Origin: Planctomycetota bacterium
Lineage (GTDB): Bacteria > Planctomycetota > UBA1135 > UBA2386
NCBI GenBank assembly: GCA_965228735.1
Contig: OZ245838.1
Span: 4,416,001-4,480,000 of the forward strand
Length of the DNA stretch: 64,000 nucleotides
Reading direction: 5' to 3'
In this document: piece after piece, positions 49,228 to 58,459 of the stretch
Layout of the letters: every line of letters starts with the position of its first letter
Position numbering within the stretch: position 1 is the stretch's first letter
Program-made: the position numbers and the translations under genes
The notes under the pieces: generated by a model
The model's database searches: none
Told to the model about the DNA's origin: nothing
Seen by the model: the letters and a program-made list of their open reading frames with translations, nothing else

Positions 49228-51060
49228 ATGTCGACCGCCGTTCCCGCGTTGGATTTCTTCGTCGACGCGCGTCGCCCGGCCGCGCGCACCCTCGACGTGG
49301 TGCTCGAGTTCGACCGCGACGCGCTGGGGCCGGCCGCGGGCGGGACGGCGGTCGACGAGAACGTGGTCGACGAGAACGCGGTCGAGCTGTTCCTCGCGGT
49401 CTGGACCCCGGGCAGCTACCTGGTGCGCGAGTACGCGCGGCAGCTCTCGCGCGTCGAAGCCGAAGATGCCAACACCGGCGCCCCGCTCGCGATCGCCAAG
49501 ACGACGAAGAATCGTTGGCGGATCGACGCTGCCGGCGCGGCAACGCGGATCCGGGTGCGCTACTCGGTCTACGCCCACGAACTCACGGTGCGAACCGCCG
49601 ATGTCACCGCCGCGCACGCCTACTGGAACCAGGCGTGCGTGCTGCTATGGCCCGTCGATCGCCCGGCCCTCCCCGCCCGCCTGGCCGTCGCGATGCCGGA
49701 CGGCTGGGACGCCGAGTGCGCGCTGCTCGCCACCAAGCCGCCGGCCGGCAGCGACGCTACCGTCGCGTGGTCGATCCGCGATCTCGACGAGGCGATCGAC
49801 AGCCCGTGCCTGCTCGGCGCGTTCGATCGGCTCGAGTTCGAAGCGCGCGGCGTCCGCCACGTAGTCGCCCTCGACGGCCTCGACGGCATCCGGCCACCGG
49901 CGCGGTTCGTCGCCGACCTCACCGCGATCGTCGACGCCGCCGCCAACGTCTTCGGCGGTGCGCTGCCGTACGACGACTACGCGTTCCTCTGCCTGTTCAC
50001 CGATCGCGGCTACGGCGGCCTCGAGCACAACAACTCGTGCACGCTGCTCATGGACCGGACCGCGTTCGGTCCGCGGAGCAGCAGTCAGTACCGCCAGTTC
50101 CTCGGGCTCTGCGCGCACGAGCTGTTTCACGTCTGGAACGTCAAGCGCATGCGGCCGAGCGAGCTCTGGGAGTTCGACTACGAGAACGAGAACTACACGC
50201 GCATGCTCTGGCTCGCCGAGGGCTGGACCGCGTACTACGACGATCTGCTCGTCCGGCGCGCCGGCTGCGTCGCCGTCGAGCACTACCTCGCGGTCGTCGA
50301 ACGCAACATCGAGCGCGTCCTCGCCAACCCGGGCCGCCAGGCGCTGTCGCTCGCCGAATCGAGCTTCGACGCGTGGATCCGGCTCTATCGTCCCGACGAG
50401 AACACCCGCAACTCCTCGCAGAACTACTACGTCAACGGCGCCGTCGCCGCCATGTGCCTCGACCTAGCGATCCGCCGTCGTTCGGCCGGCGAACGCAGCC
50501 TCGACGACGTCCTGCGCCGACTCTGGCACACGTTCGAGGCCGGCCGCGGTTACGAGCTCGCCGACGTGGAAGCCGCCATCGCGGCAGTCGCGGGGCCCGA
50601 CGAAGTCGAGCTGCTGCGAGAGCTGACGCAGGGTCCCCTCGATCCGCCGTGCGTGGAGGCGCTCGCGGCGATCGGGATCACGTGCGCGATCGATCGCGGC
50701 AGCAAGCCGCAGCTCGGCGTCACGTTCAAGGCCAACACGACCGAGCTCGCGAGCATCACCGACGACACGCCGGCCGCGCGCGCCGGCCTGCACCCGGGTG
50801 ACGAGATCATCGGCATGGCGGGTCTGCGCACGACGAGCGGGCTCTGGCGCGACGTGTTCGCGGCCGTCGCGCGCGTCGGCGAACCACTGACCCTGACGAT
50901 CGCGCGCCGCGGCGTGCTGCAGGAGCTCGTGGTCACGCCCGAACCAACGACCGCGAAGGTCGGGCTCGAACTCGCGGCCGATGCGACGCCAGAACAGGTC
51001 GCCCTACGCGACGGCTGGCTGTGCACCGCGATCAAGACGCGGTCGGACGACGACATGTGA
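49228..51060 (+). CDS. M61 family metallopeptidase (glycyl aminopeptidase) with C-terminal PDZ
   Basis: WTPGSYLVREY, YGGLEH, AHELFHVWNVKR, EGWTAYY, YYVNG, PAARAGLHPGDEI. Confidence 0.95.
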   Translation: MSTAVPALDFFVDARRPAARTLDVVLEFDRDALGPAAGGTAVDENVVDENAVELFLAVWTPGSYLVREYARQLSRVEAEDANTGAPLAIAKTTKNRWRIDAAGAATRIRVRYSVYAHELTVRTADVTAAHAYWNQACVLLWPVDRPALPARLAVAMPDGWDAECALLATKPPAGSDATVAWSIRDLDEAIDSPCLLGAFDRLEFEARGVRHVVALDGLDGIRPPARFVADLTAIVDAAANVFGGALPYDDYAFLCLFTDRGYGGLEHNNSCTLLMDRTAFGPRSSSQYRQFLGLCAHELFHVWNVKRMRPSELWEFDYENENYTRMLWLAEGWTAYYDDLLVRRAGCVAVEHYLAVVERNIERVLANPGRQALSLAESSFDAWIRLYRPDENTRNSSQNYYVNGAVAAMCLDLAIRRRSAGERSLDDVLRRLWHTFEAGRGYELADVEAAIAAVAGPDEVELLRELTQGPLDPPCVEALAAIGITCAIDRGSKPQLGVTFKANTTELASITDDTPAARAGLHPGDEIIGMAGLRTTSGLWRDVFAAVARVGEPLTLTIARRGVLQELVVTPEPTTAKVGLELAADATPEQVALRDGWLCTAIKTRSDDDM

Positions 51061-51076
51061 ACATGGTTCGGTATGT

Positions 51077-51331
51077 TCACTCCGAGGGCAGGCTGGAGTG
51101 GGTGCCGTCGCAGAACGGGGCATTGCCAGTCGCGCCGCACGCGCACCACACGACGGTCTGGTCCTTCTCGAGCACGACTTTGAGCGGAGTCGTGTCCGTA
51201 CCGCGATGGGTACCGTCGCACAGTGGGTAGCTCGCACTGCTGCCGCACCGGCACCACGCGTGCTTGCCGGCCGCGCAGCGCATCACGAACGGGCCGCGTT
51301 GGCGCCGGCCCGGCGGTTCTTGATCGACCAT
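51077..51331 (-). CDS. Two-domain CDGSH iron-sulfur protein (MiNT/CISD3-like)
   Basis: WCRCGSS..YPLCDGTH and WCACG.T.NAPFCDGTH. Confidence 0.93.
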   Translation of the reverse strand: MVDQEPPGRRQRGPFVMRCAAGKHAWCRCGSSASYPLCDGTHRGTDTTPLKVVLEKDQTVVWCACGATGNAPFCDGTHSSLPSE

Positions 51332-51403
51332 GACAGCGTTGGCGTCAGACGGACACGGGGATCGTTGAGCAACAACCCCGAGGCGGGGCGCCGAACCGCA
51401 CCG

Positions 51404-52030
51404 TCAGCGGAACCGCCGCACCACACCGCGCACGACGCCGCGGATCTGCACGTTGTCGGTGAAGATGGGCTCCATGCTCGCGTTGGCCGGCTGCAGTCGG
51501 ACGAGGCCGTTGCGCTCGCGGTAGAACCGCTTGAGCGTCGCCTCTTCGTCCTCGAGCACGGCGACGACGATGTCGCCGTCGCTCGCCGTCTCGCGCCGCT
51601 CGACCACGACGAGGTCGCCGTCGTCGATGTGGTCCTCGATCATCGACTTGCCGCGCACGCGCAGCAGGTACATCTGATCGCCGGTCGGCACGAGGTCGGT
51701 GAGGCTGACCTCCTCTCGATCCTCGAGCGCGTCGATCGGCCGACCGGCCGCGATCATGCCGACGAGCGGCAGGCTCGGGATCGCCTCGGGGCCCGCCGCA
51801 TCCGGCTCCGCGTCGGGATCGTGCAGGATCGCGACCGCGCGCGCCTTGGCCCGGTCCCGATGGATCGCCCCCTTGCGATTCAGCTGGTTGAGGTGCTCGT
51901 GCACCGTGATCTTGCTCACGCCTAGCGCCTTGGCCGCTTCGTCCAGCGTCGGCGAGATGCCGCGTTCGCGCCGGTAGTCGCGGAAGTAGCGAAGCACTCG
52001 AATCTGCTTCTCCGTAAGCATCAACTCCAT
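51404..52030 (-). CDS. lexA: Transcriptional repressor LexA
   Basis: LTEKQ..wHTH (SPTLDE..SKITVHEHL..L.RKG), cleavage site IAAG, catalytic Ser (GKSMI) and Lys (TLKRF), LQPAN. Confidence 0.96.
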   Translation of the reverse strand: MELMLTEKQIRVLRYFRDYRRERGISPTLDEAAKALGVSKITVHEHLNQLNRKGAIHRDRAKARAVAILHDPDAEPDAAGPEAIPSLPLVGMIAAGRPIDALEDREEVSLTDLVPTGDQMYLLRVRGKSMIEDHIDDGDLVVVERRETASDGDIVVAVLEDEEATLKRFYRERNGLVRLQPANASMEPIFTDNVQIRGVVRGVVRRFR

Positions 52031-52121
52031 GGCAGTCCCTCCCGTTCAATCGAGCAGAGGTGGATTGACGCGACTTCGGAGGTACCGCCCGACCGCAGCC
52101 ACGTCGTCATCGTGCGCACGT

Positions 52122-52154
52122 GTTCTGGTTCCGTTATGCGAACAAAGCCAGAAC
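52122..52154. promoter_or_regulatory. Candidate LexA operator: GTTC-N7-GTTA and GAAC-N7-GAAC in inverted arrangement
   Basis: GTTC tggttcc GTTA tgc GAAC aaagcca GAAC, about 90-125 bp upstream of lexA. Confidence 0.6.
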
Positions 52155-52469
52155 CACGATTGCGGCCATGAGCATACAGGATCCGATCAGCTCGATGGAA
52201 TGACGAATCCGCTTGGCTGCAAAGGCGTTGGCAGCACCGTCGTCGAACTCCGAACACCGGCTCACCGGAGCGTCTCGCCGCGGCGTCGTGTCGAGCACCA
52301 TCGGACCGCGCTCCCCAACCCGAGCAGCGGCCGGAGCACGGGCCGCAACACCGGCCCGATCACGCAACCCGTCCAGGGACCAGCGCTTGCCCTTGCCGTT
52401 CGGCAGGATGGCCGCGGTCTGCGAACGGGCGTCGGCGAACGGCAAACGGTGTTGGCGGGCGAACTTCAT
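52134..52469 (-). CDS. Small hypothetical protein with C-terminal TM helix, upstream of lexA
   Basis: 111-aa ORF ending LIGSCMLMAAIVVLALFA*; codon usage is atypical, and the true start may be the internal Met (MVLDTT). Confidence 0.5.
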   Translation of the reverse strand: MKFARQHRLPFADARSQTAAILPNGKGKRWSLDGLRDRAGVAARAPAAARVGERGPMVLDTTPRRDAPVSRCSEFDDGAANAFAAKRIRHSIELIGSCMLMAAIVVLALFA

Positions 52470-52522
52470 GGCGATCTTCCGTGGGGTTGCTGCGTGGGGA
52501 GGGACCAAAGGCTGCCCGAGCT

Positions 52523-52570
52523 GTTCGGCTCAGGTTCGGAGCAGGTTAGGGTTGTGTTCGCCAAACGCAA
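52523..52570 (-). promoter_or_regulatory. Sigma70-like promoter (TTGCGT-N16-TAACCT) overlapped by a four-half-site GTTC-N7 array (candidate LexA boxes)
   Basis: Plus strand GTTC(52523)-N7-GTTC(52534)-N7-GTTA(52545)-N7-GTTC(52556); -35 at 52565-52570 and -10 at 52543-52548 on the minus strand. Confidence 0.7.
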
Positions 52571-52694
52571 CCCGAATCTCGATTTCGCGAGAGCAGAATC
52601 CCCCGCCCTCCAGGGGATGGACGAAATCTTGTCCGGGGCGAACAGTTGACGCTGCCGCGCCATGCGGTCGCCTGCTTCGAAACGCCTGCTCAGG

Positions 52695-53240
52695 ATGCCA
52701 CGTCCGACCGAGGAACTGCGCGCCGACCACGCGGTCGTCGCATCCGGTCTCGCCGTGCTCGGCGCGATCGCGAATCACGTGCGCGACGGCCACGCGTTCC
52801 CGACCGACGACGCTGCCGTCGTGCTGCGGTTCCTCCGCGAGTTCGTCGTCGGTACGCACTTTCGGAAGGAGAACGAGATCGTGTGGCCGGCCATCGCGAT
52901 GCGCGCGGCCGACGCCGAGGCCACCGCCGTCGGCCAGCTCATGGCGGCGCAGGACGCGGCCCACGACCTGGTCCAGAGCCTCGTGTTCTTCTGGGAACCG
53001 GCCGGCGAGCTCACCGAGCCGGAGCGGCTCGGGTTCGCCGACACGGTCGCCGCATTGCGCGCCGCGATGGCGCAGCTCCAGGCCGACGAAGAACGGCTGT
53101 TTCTGAGCTGCGATCGCGTGGTGCCGGCCGACGACCAGCTCGACTGGTCCGAGCGGTTCGCCGAGCTCGAAGCCGAACGCGCGGTGCGGGGTGAGTGGCA
53201 GCAGCTGCTGCGGCCACTCAGCGCGCGCTGGATCGCCTGA
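52695..53240 (+). CDS. Hemerythrin-like domain protein with degenerate metal ligands
   Basis: EELRADH, GTHFRKENEIVWP, EERLF pattern; all-helical. Confidence 0.8.
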   Translation: MPRPTEELRADHAVVASGLAVLGAIANHVRDGHAFPTDDAAVVLRFLREFVVGTHFRKENEIVWPAIAMRAADAEATAVGQLMAAQDAAHDLVQSLVFFWEPAGELTEPERLGFADTVAALRAAMAQLQADEERLFLSCDRVVPADDQLDWSERFAELEAERAVRGEWQQLLRPLSARWIA

Positions 53241-53283
53241 CGCCGGGCCCGCCCCGGTGTCGGTCGAGGACCGCCCGGACCCC

Positions 53284-55338
53284 CTACGGCTCGATCACCA
53301 GCTCGGCGGGCGCGCTCGCCGTGATGCCGCCGCCGCCGTCGATGACGAGACCGGCGAACGCGAGCCGCAGCCCGACCGCGTAGGGCGCCGCAACGGCCGG
53401 GATGTTGATGCCGCCCGTCGCGCGGCCGTCGCCGTCGAGGCCGCCGAGGAAGCCGGGGAAGAACGGGTTGTTCATCCCGCCGACCGCGATGCTCGTGAAG
53501 ACGTCGGCCGTGACCGGCACGGGCACGCCACTGACGATCATCCCGGGCACCGTGCCGCTGCCGCCGAGCACGAGCATGTAGACCTCGCCGGCGCGATCAC
53601 TGCCGCCGTCGACGGTGAGCGCGTGGCCGAAGCCACCCGTCGCGCTGACGCGGTCGAGCCGCGGCGTCAGCGAGACGCCGACCGGCTCGAGCGGCACGTC
53701 GAGGCGCGGCGCGAACGTCGGGTCGATCTGCACCGCGAGGTCGGCATCGACGAAGTCGGGCGTCGCGTAGAAGTGCACGTTCCCCGGCTGGCGCTTGAGG
53801 TTGATGTTCTCGAGCGACAGGCGCAGCCGGTGCCCCGCCTCGAACACGTAGCCGACGTCACCGAGCTCGATGCGCAGCCGATGACGACCCGGCGCGACCT
53901 GGCGCAACGCGGCGGTCCCCGACGTGACGAAGCGCTCCTGGTTGCCTGGTGTCACGTCGTAGAGCGCCGCCGACAGCTGGCAGTCGGTCACGTTGACGTC
54001 GACGTCGAGCTCGACCACGCTGCGGCCGAAGAGCTCGGCCGGGCCCGGCAGCGGCGATGTGTCGAACGACGCCCGCACGAGCGGGATGCGCGGCAGCACG
54101 TCGACGGGCCGCGCGCCGTGTTGCATGAACTGCAGCATGCCGTAGCCCGCCTGCACGCGGTGCTGGATCGTCGGCCCGGCCTCGACGCCGGCCGGTGCGC
54201 TCGGATCGAGCTGCCCCGCGGTCCGCAGGTAGAAGCGGCGCGACGGTGCGATCGGCCACGTCGCGCTGCGGCGGTGGCGCCAATCGGTCGTCGGGTCGAG
54301 GTAGTCGCTCGGCGCGCTCGGCAGGATCGCGACCTCGGCGAACGGTTCGACGTCGACCTGGTTGGGCTCGTTCTTGAGGAAGCGGTCGAACCAGCGTTCG
54401 GTGAAGTCGCGGCGCACCGTCGTCGCGCCGTTGCTGCCCGCAGCGCCGTGTCCGCCCGTGATCTGCACGTAGCGCGTCGGCAGGCTCACGGGCAGCGTCG
54501 CCATCGCGTCGGCGTTGACGTTCACGAAGTGCTTGCTGTCGTCGTAGGCATAGCTCACGAGCAGCGGCACCGTCGTCTGCTGCAACTGCGGCAGCAGATC
54601 GAGCGTCGGGTCGCCGGCCATCGCCGCGGCCAGCCCGGCGTAGTCGTGCGTGATCATCAGGCTCGACAGCGGGCCGTTGCTGCCTTCGTGCTCGTACGCC
54701 GAGACCACCCAGTCCGCCTTCATCAGCGCGCCGTGGAGCAGCGCGTCGGACGGGGTGTCGATGACCTGGATGTCGGTGTGGATCGCGGAGATCACCGGCA
54801 TGTGCGTCACGTGCCCGGGCACGAGCAGCGGCCGGCCCGAGTACGCTGCGGCGAGCAGCGCGTGCTTGCCGCCGCCCGACTTGCCCATGACCGCGAGGCG
54901 GCTCTCGTCGAGGCTGCTGCCGTACTGGTTCTCGGCGTAGGCGAAGATCTCGGCCATGTCCGTGAGCCGCGACGGATCGACGCGCCGGCCCGGTGGATTG
55001 AGCGTCAGCGTGACGCCGTTGTTGCCCGTGTCGTACGCGAGCGTCAGGTAGCCGTTCTTGCTGAGGCGCTCGGCGATCGATTGCACCCAGCTGCGCTTGC
55101 GGCTGCCGCCGCCGCCGTGCACCACGAGCGCGCATGGCCAGCCCGTCGCGGGCGCGGCGACCGTCGGATAGCGCACGTCGAGGCGCGTCCGGTAGCCGTC
55201 CGAGTACGTGATCAGCTGATCGGCGTCGAGCTGGATCGGGAAGCCGCCCGGCGGCACGGGTGGATCCTGCGCCAGGATCGATCCGGTGACGACGGCGAAC
55301 GTGAGAAGAGAAGACGACAACGACAAGGCGTGGGGCAT
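53284..55338 (-). CDS. Secreted CocE/NonD (peptidase S15-like) hydrolase with C-terminal putative sorting domain
   Basis: Signal peptide; SDGYRTRLDV.YP, HGGGG, GKSGGG nucleophile, YVFEAGHRLRL PepX_C-like domain. Confidence 0.85.
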   Translation of the reverse strand: MPHALSLSSSLLTFAVVTGSILAQDPPVPPGGFPIQLDADQLITYSDGYRTRLDVRYPTVAAPATGWPCALVVHGGGGSRKRSWVQSIAERLSKNGYLTLAYDTGNNGVTLTLNPPGRRVDPSRLTDMAEIFAYAENQYGSSLDESRLAVMGKSGGGKHALLAAAYSGRPLLVPGHVTHMPVISAIHTDIQVIDTPSDALLHGALMKADWVVSAYEHEGSNGPLSSLMITHDYAGLAAAMAGDPTLDLLPQLQQTTVPLLVSYAYDDSKHFVNVNADAMATLPVSLPTRYVQITGGHGAAGSNGATTVRRDFTERWFDRFLKNEPNQVDVEPFAEVAILPSAPSDYLDPTTDWRHRRSATWPIAPSRRFYLRTAGQLDPSAPAGVEAGPTIQHRVQAGYGMLQFMQHGARPVDVLPRIPLVRASFDTSPLPGPAELFGRSVVELDVDVNVTDCQLSAALYDVTPGNQERFVTSGTAALRQVAPGRHRLRIELGDVGYVFEAGHRLRLSLENINLKRQPGNVHFYATPDFVDADLAVQIDPTFAPRLDVPLEPVGVSLTPRLDRVSATGGFGHALTVDGGSDRAGEVYMLVLGGSGTVPGMIVSGVPVPVTADVFTSIAVGGMNNPFFPGFLGGLDGDGRATGGINIPAVAAPYAVGLRLAFAGLVIDGGGGITASAPAELVIEP

Positions 55339-55584
55339 GGTAATGGCAGTGGCTGCGCGTTGGGGTTTGGCAGGGCGCCGCTTCGGTAGCAGTCGGTTCT
55401 GCGATGCGACGGCACAGCAGTGCAAGAACCAGCCGCGCCCGAACGCACGCGAAATGCGCGGCCTTGTCATCCCGGCACCGGTCCGCACAATGACTCACGG
55501 TCCTCACCGTTCGCCCACGGAGCCGGTCAGCCACGTGGCGCAACCAGGCGGTGAGTCGTGTCGCTGGTCCCACAGGTAGCGTTG

Positions 55585-56229
55585 ATGATTCTGAAGCTCA
55601 CCCGTCCGCTCGTCTTTCTGGACTTCGAAACCACCGGTCTGGACATCCAGAACGACCGCATCGTCGAGCTCGCGTTCGTCCGGCTCCTGCCCGACGGCAC
55701 GCGCGAGTCGCTCGTGCAGCGCGTCAACCCCGGCGTCGAGCTCAGCAAGGGCGCGACCAAGGTCACGGGCATCCACACGATGGACGCGACCGGCCTGTTC
55801 TGGGGCCCGCCGCTCAAGAAGTGCGGCGACAAGCTGCTCGAGTTCTTGAGCGACAGCGACATCGCGGGCTTCAACCAGATCGGCTACGACATGCCGCTGT
55901 GGGAGAACGAGTGCAAGCGGCACGACATCTCCTATGACCCGAACGGTCGTCACCAGGTCGACGTGAAGATCATCTTCAACGTCATGGAGACCGGTTGGGA
56001 CCGCTTCCTCATGGGGCCGCGCAACCTCACGGCCGCGGTGCGGCACTACTGCGGTCGCGAGCTCGAAGGCGCGCACGGCGCCGAGGCCGACACCATGGCG
56101 ACCGTCGACGTGCTGCTCGCGCAGCTGCAGCGCTACCCCGACCTGCCGCGCGACGTGCCCGGCCTCGCCCGCTGGTGCACCGAGCACCAACGCGAACTCG
56201 AGGCCTCGCAGCAATCGCAACAGAGCTGA
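55585..56229 (+). CDS. DEDDh 3'-5' exonuclease (DnaQ/epsilon-like)
   Basis: FLDFETTGL..DRIVELA, GFN..YD, AHGAEAD. Confidence 0.92.
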   Translation: MILKLTRPLVFLDFETTGLDIQNDRIVELAFVRLLPDGTRESLVQRVNPGVELSKGATKVTGIHTMDATGLFWGPPLKKCGDKLLEFLSDSDIAGFNQIGYDMPLWENECKRHDISYDPNGRHQVDVKIIFNVMETGWDRFLMGPRNLTAAVRHYCGRELEGAHGAEADTMATVDVLLAQLQRYPDLPRDVPGLARWCTEHQRELEASQQSQQS

Positions 56230-56245
56230 GCGGGGCGAACCGCGC

Positions 56246-56689
56246 ATGGCCTGGAAGACGCAGCTGCGCTACCGCTTCGGCGACATCGACGAAGCCGGCA
56301 TCGCCTACTACCCCAAACTGCTGCACTACTTCCACTGCGCGTTCGAGGACTGGTGGAGCGACGGCCTCGGGTATCCCTACCGCGACTTCCTGCGCGGCGA
56401 CGAACTCGGGCTGCCCGCGGTGAAGCTCGAGGCCGAGTTCTTCGCGCCGGTGAAGTACGGCGACGAGCCGTGGGTGCACCTCGGCATCGGCCGACTCGGA
56501 CGTTCGGCCGTCGAGTTCCTCATGTGGATGACGCGCGGCGACGATCCGACCCCGCTGTGTCGCGCGCGGATCACGACGGCGCTCGTCGACATGGCGGCGA
56601 TGCGCGGCACGCCGTTGCCGGATGGTTGGCGCGAGCGGTTCGAGCCGTTCGTGATCGACGAGAGCGAGTTCCCGACCGCGCGAGGGTGA
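56246..56689 (+). CDS. Acyl-CoA thioesterase (4HBT/YbgC hotdog fold)
   Basis: RFGDIDEAGIAYYP, F.APVKYGD, LGRSAV. Confidence 0.92.
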   Translation: MAWKTQLRYRFGDIDEAGIAYYPKLLHYFHCAFEDWWSDGLGYPYRDFLRGDELGLPAVKLEAEFFAPVKYGDEPWVHLGIGRLGRSAVEFLMWMTRGDDPTPLCRARITTALVDMAAMRGTPLPDGWRERFEPFVIDESEFPTARG

Positions 56690-56690
56690 G

Positions 56691-57458
56691 CTACGGGAGC
56701 TCGAACCCGCGCGGGAAGTAGCTCGCGGGGTCGACGGCCCGGACGCCGAAGACCGTCTCGACGTTCGCGGGCGCCAGGGTTTCCTGCGGCGGGCCCGAGG
56801 CGAGGATGCGGCCCTCGTGCAGCAGCGCGACGCGGTCGCAGTGCGGCGCGATGAGGTTGAGGTCGTGCGAGGCGATCGCGACGCCGTGGCCGCGATCGTC
56901 GACGACCTGGCGCAGCAGCTGGACGAGTTGCAGTGCGTGCTCGAGGTCGAGGTTGGCGGTCGGTTCGTCGAGCAGCATGAGCGGCGCCTCGGTCGCGAGC
57001 GCGCGGGCGACGGCGATGCGGCGGCGCTCGCCGCCGGAGAGCGTGGTGACGGGCCGGTCGCAGAACGTCGTGGCGTCGACAGCCGTGAGCGCACGTTCGA
57101 CCGCGTCGCGGTCAGCGGGGCCGAGCATCGACGTTCTCGGCGAGTGCGGGTAACGCCCCATCTCGACGAGCTGGCGGCCCGTGAACTCGAACGGTGAGTC
57201 GCTCTCCTGCTCGACGAACGCGAGTTCGCGCGCGCGCGCGAGCGGCTCGAAGGAGTGCACCTCGCGGCCGTGCAGCGTGACGTTACCCGCCTCCGCGCAC
57301 AACGCGCCGACGAGAAGTCGCAGCAGCGTGCTCTTGCCAGCACCGTTGCGACCAGCGAGCAGCACGAGCTCGCCCGGCATGAGCTCGAAGTCGACGGCCG
57401 CGAGCACGGTGCGATCGCCGCGCTGTACCCGGACGGAGCTGGCGGTGATCCCGTTCAC
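56691..57458 (-). CDS. Iron-siderophore/cobalamin/heme ABC transporter ATP-binding protein
   Basis: GRNGAGKS, MGRYPH, LSGGERRR, LLDEPT.NLD, SHDLN; GTG start overlaps the permease stop. Confidence 0.93.
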   Translation of the reverse strand: MNGITASSVRVQRGDRTVLAAVDFELMPGELVLLAGRNGAGKSTLLRLLVGALCAEAGNVTLHGREVHSFEPLARARELAFVEQESDSPFEFTGRQLVEMGRYPHSPRTSMLGPADRDAVERALTAVDATTFCDRPVTTLSGGERRRIAVARALATEAPLMLLDEPTANLDLEHALQLVQLLRQVVDDRGHGVAIASHDLNLIAPHCDRVALLHEGRILASGPPQETLAPANVETVFGVRAVDPASYFPRGFELP

Positions 57459-58459
57459 AGCGCTTCTCCGCGCCGGTGCCGGGCGAGCAGGAACAGGAAG
57501 TAGGGCGCCCCGAGGATCGCGGTGACGACGCCGAGCCGGAGGTTCGCATCGGGCGGCACGGCGCGGCAGAGCAGATCGCTGAGCACGAGCAGCAGCGCCC
57601 CGATCGCGGCGGCGACGGGCAGAAGCGTCCGGTGCGCGGGACCGACGACGAGGCGCGCGAGGTGCGGCACGACGAGGCCGACGAACGCGATGCCGCCCGT
57701 GTTGGACACCGTCGCGGCGGTCAGGCCGCACGCAAACCACAGCATGCGCCGGCGCACACGCTGCGCCTCCACTCCGAGGCTGTGCGCGCTGTCGTCGCCG
57801 AGCGTCAGCAGGTCGAGGACGCGCGCGTTCGGTACGATGCCGAGCGCGAAGACGACGAAGCCGATCACCGTGATCGCGGCGTGATCCCACGTGCTGCGTT
57901 CGAGCCCACCCATGAGCCAGAACAGCACCTCGGAGCTCGCGGTGTAGTTGTCGAACGTGAACGTCACGACGAACGAGGTCAGCGCGCCGACCAACGTGTT
58001 GAGCGCTATGCCCGCGAGCAGCAACCCGGCGACGGAGAAGCGGCCGTAGCTGCCGGCGAGCACGAACACGAGCGCGGTCACGACGAGCGCGCCGACGAAC
58101 GAAGCCGCCGGCACCGCGAGGATCGACCAGCTCGCGAACCCCGCGACGATCGCGAGCGCGCCGCCGAACGCCGCGCCCGCGGACGTGCCGATCACGTCGG
58201 GCGACGCGAGCGGGTTTTTGAACGTGGCCTGCATCGTCGCGCCCGCGAGCGCGAGCGCGGCACCAGCGAAGATCGCGACGAGCAGCTGCGGCGCGCGCTT
58301 GTTGGCGAGGATGAACGAGTCGATCGCGTCGGCGTCGCCGGTCAGCCACGCGAGCAGCTCGCGCGGACCCGGTCCGGGGCCGACGCAGAGATACGCCGCG
58401 CTGGCCACGACGAGCAGGCCGAGGACGAGCCAGAACACCGCACCAGCGCGTCGCGTCAC
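57455..58459 (-). CDS. FecCD/BtuC-family ABC permease
   Basis: MQATFKNPLASPDVIGTSAGA, FWLMG, LGDDSAHSLG, GIAFVGLVVPHLAR, GAPYFL. Confidence 0.95.
   Translation of the reverse strand: MTRRAGAVFWLVLGLLVVASAAYLCVGPGPGPRELLAWLTGDADAIDSFILANKRAPQLLVAIFAGAALALAGATMQATFKNPLASPDVIGTSAGAAFGGALAIVAGFASWSILAVPAASFVGALVVTALVFVLAGSYGRFSVAGLLLAGIALNTLVGALTSFVVTFTFDNYTASSEVLFWLMGGLERSTWDHAAITVIGFVVFALGIVPNARVLDLLTLGDDSAHSLGVEAQRVRRRMLWFACGLTAATVSNTGGIAFVGLVVPHLARLVVGPAHRTLLPVAAAIGALLLVLSDLLCRAVPPDANLRLGVVTAILGAPYFLFLLARHRRGEAL

Noticed and set aside
55339..55584. LexA box or sigma54 promoter upstream of the DnaQ-like exonuclease
   Set aside because: The GAAC pair has the wrong spacing (N11), and GGCACAGCAGTGC has GG-N9-GC rather than N10.
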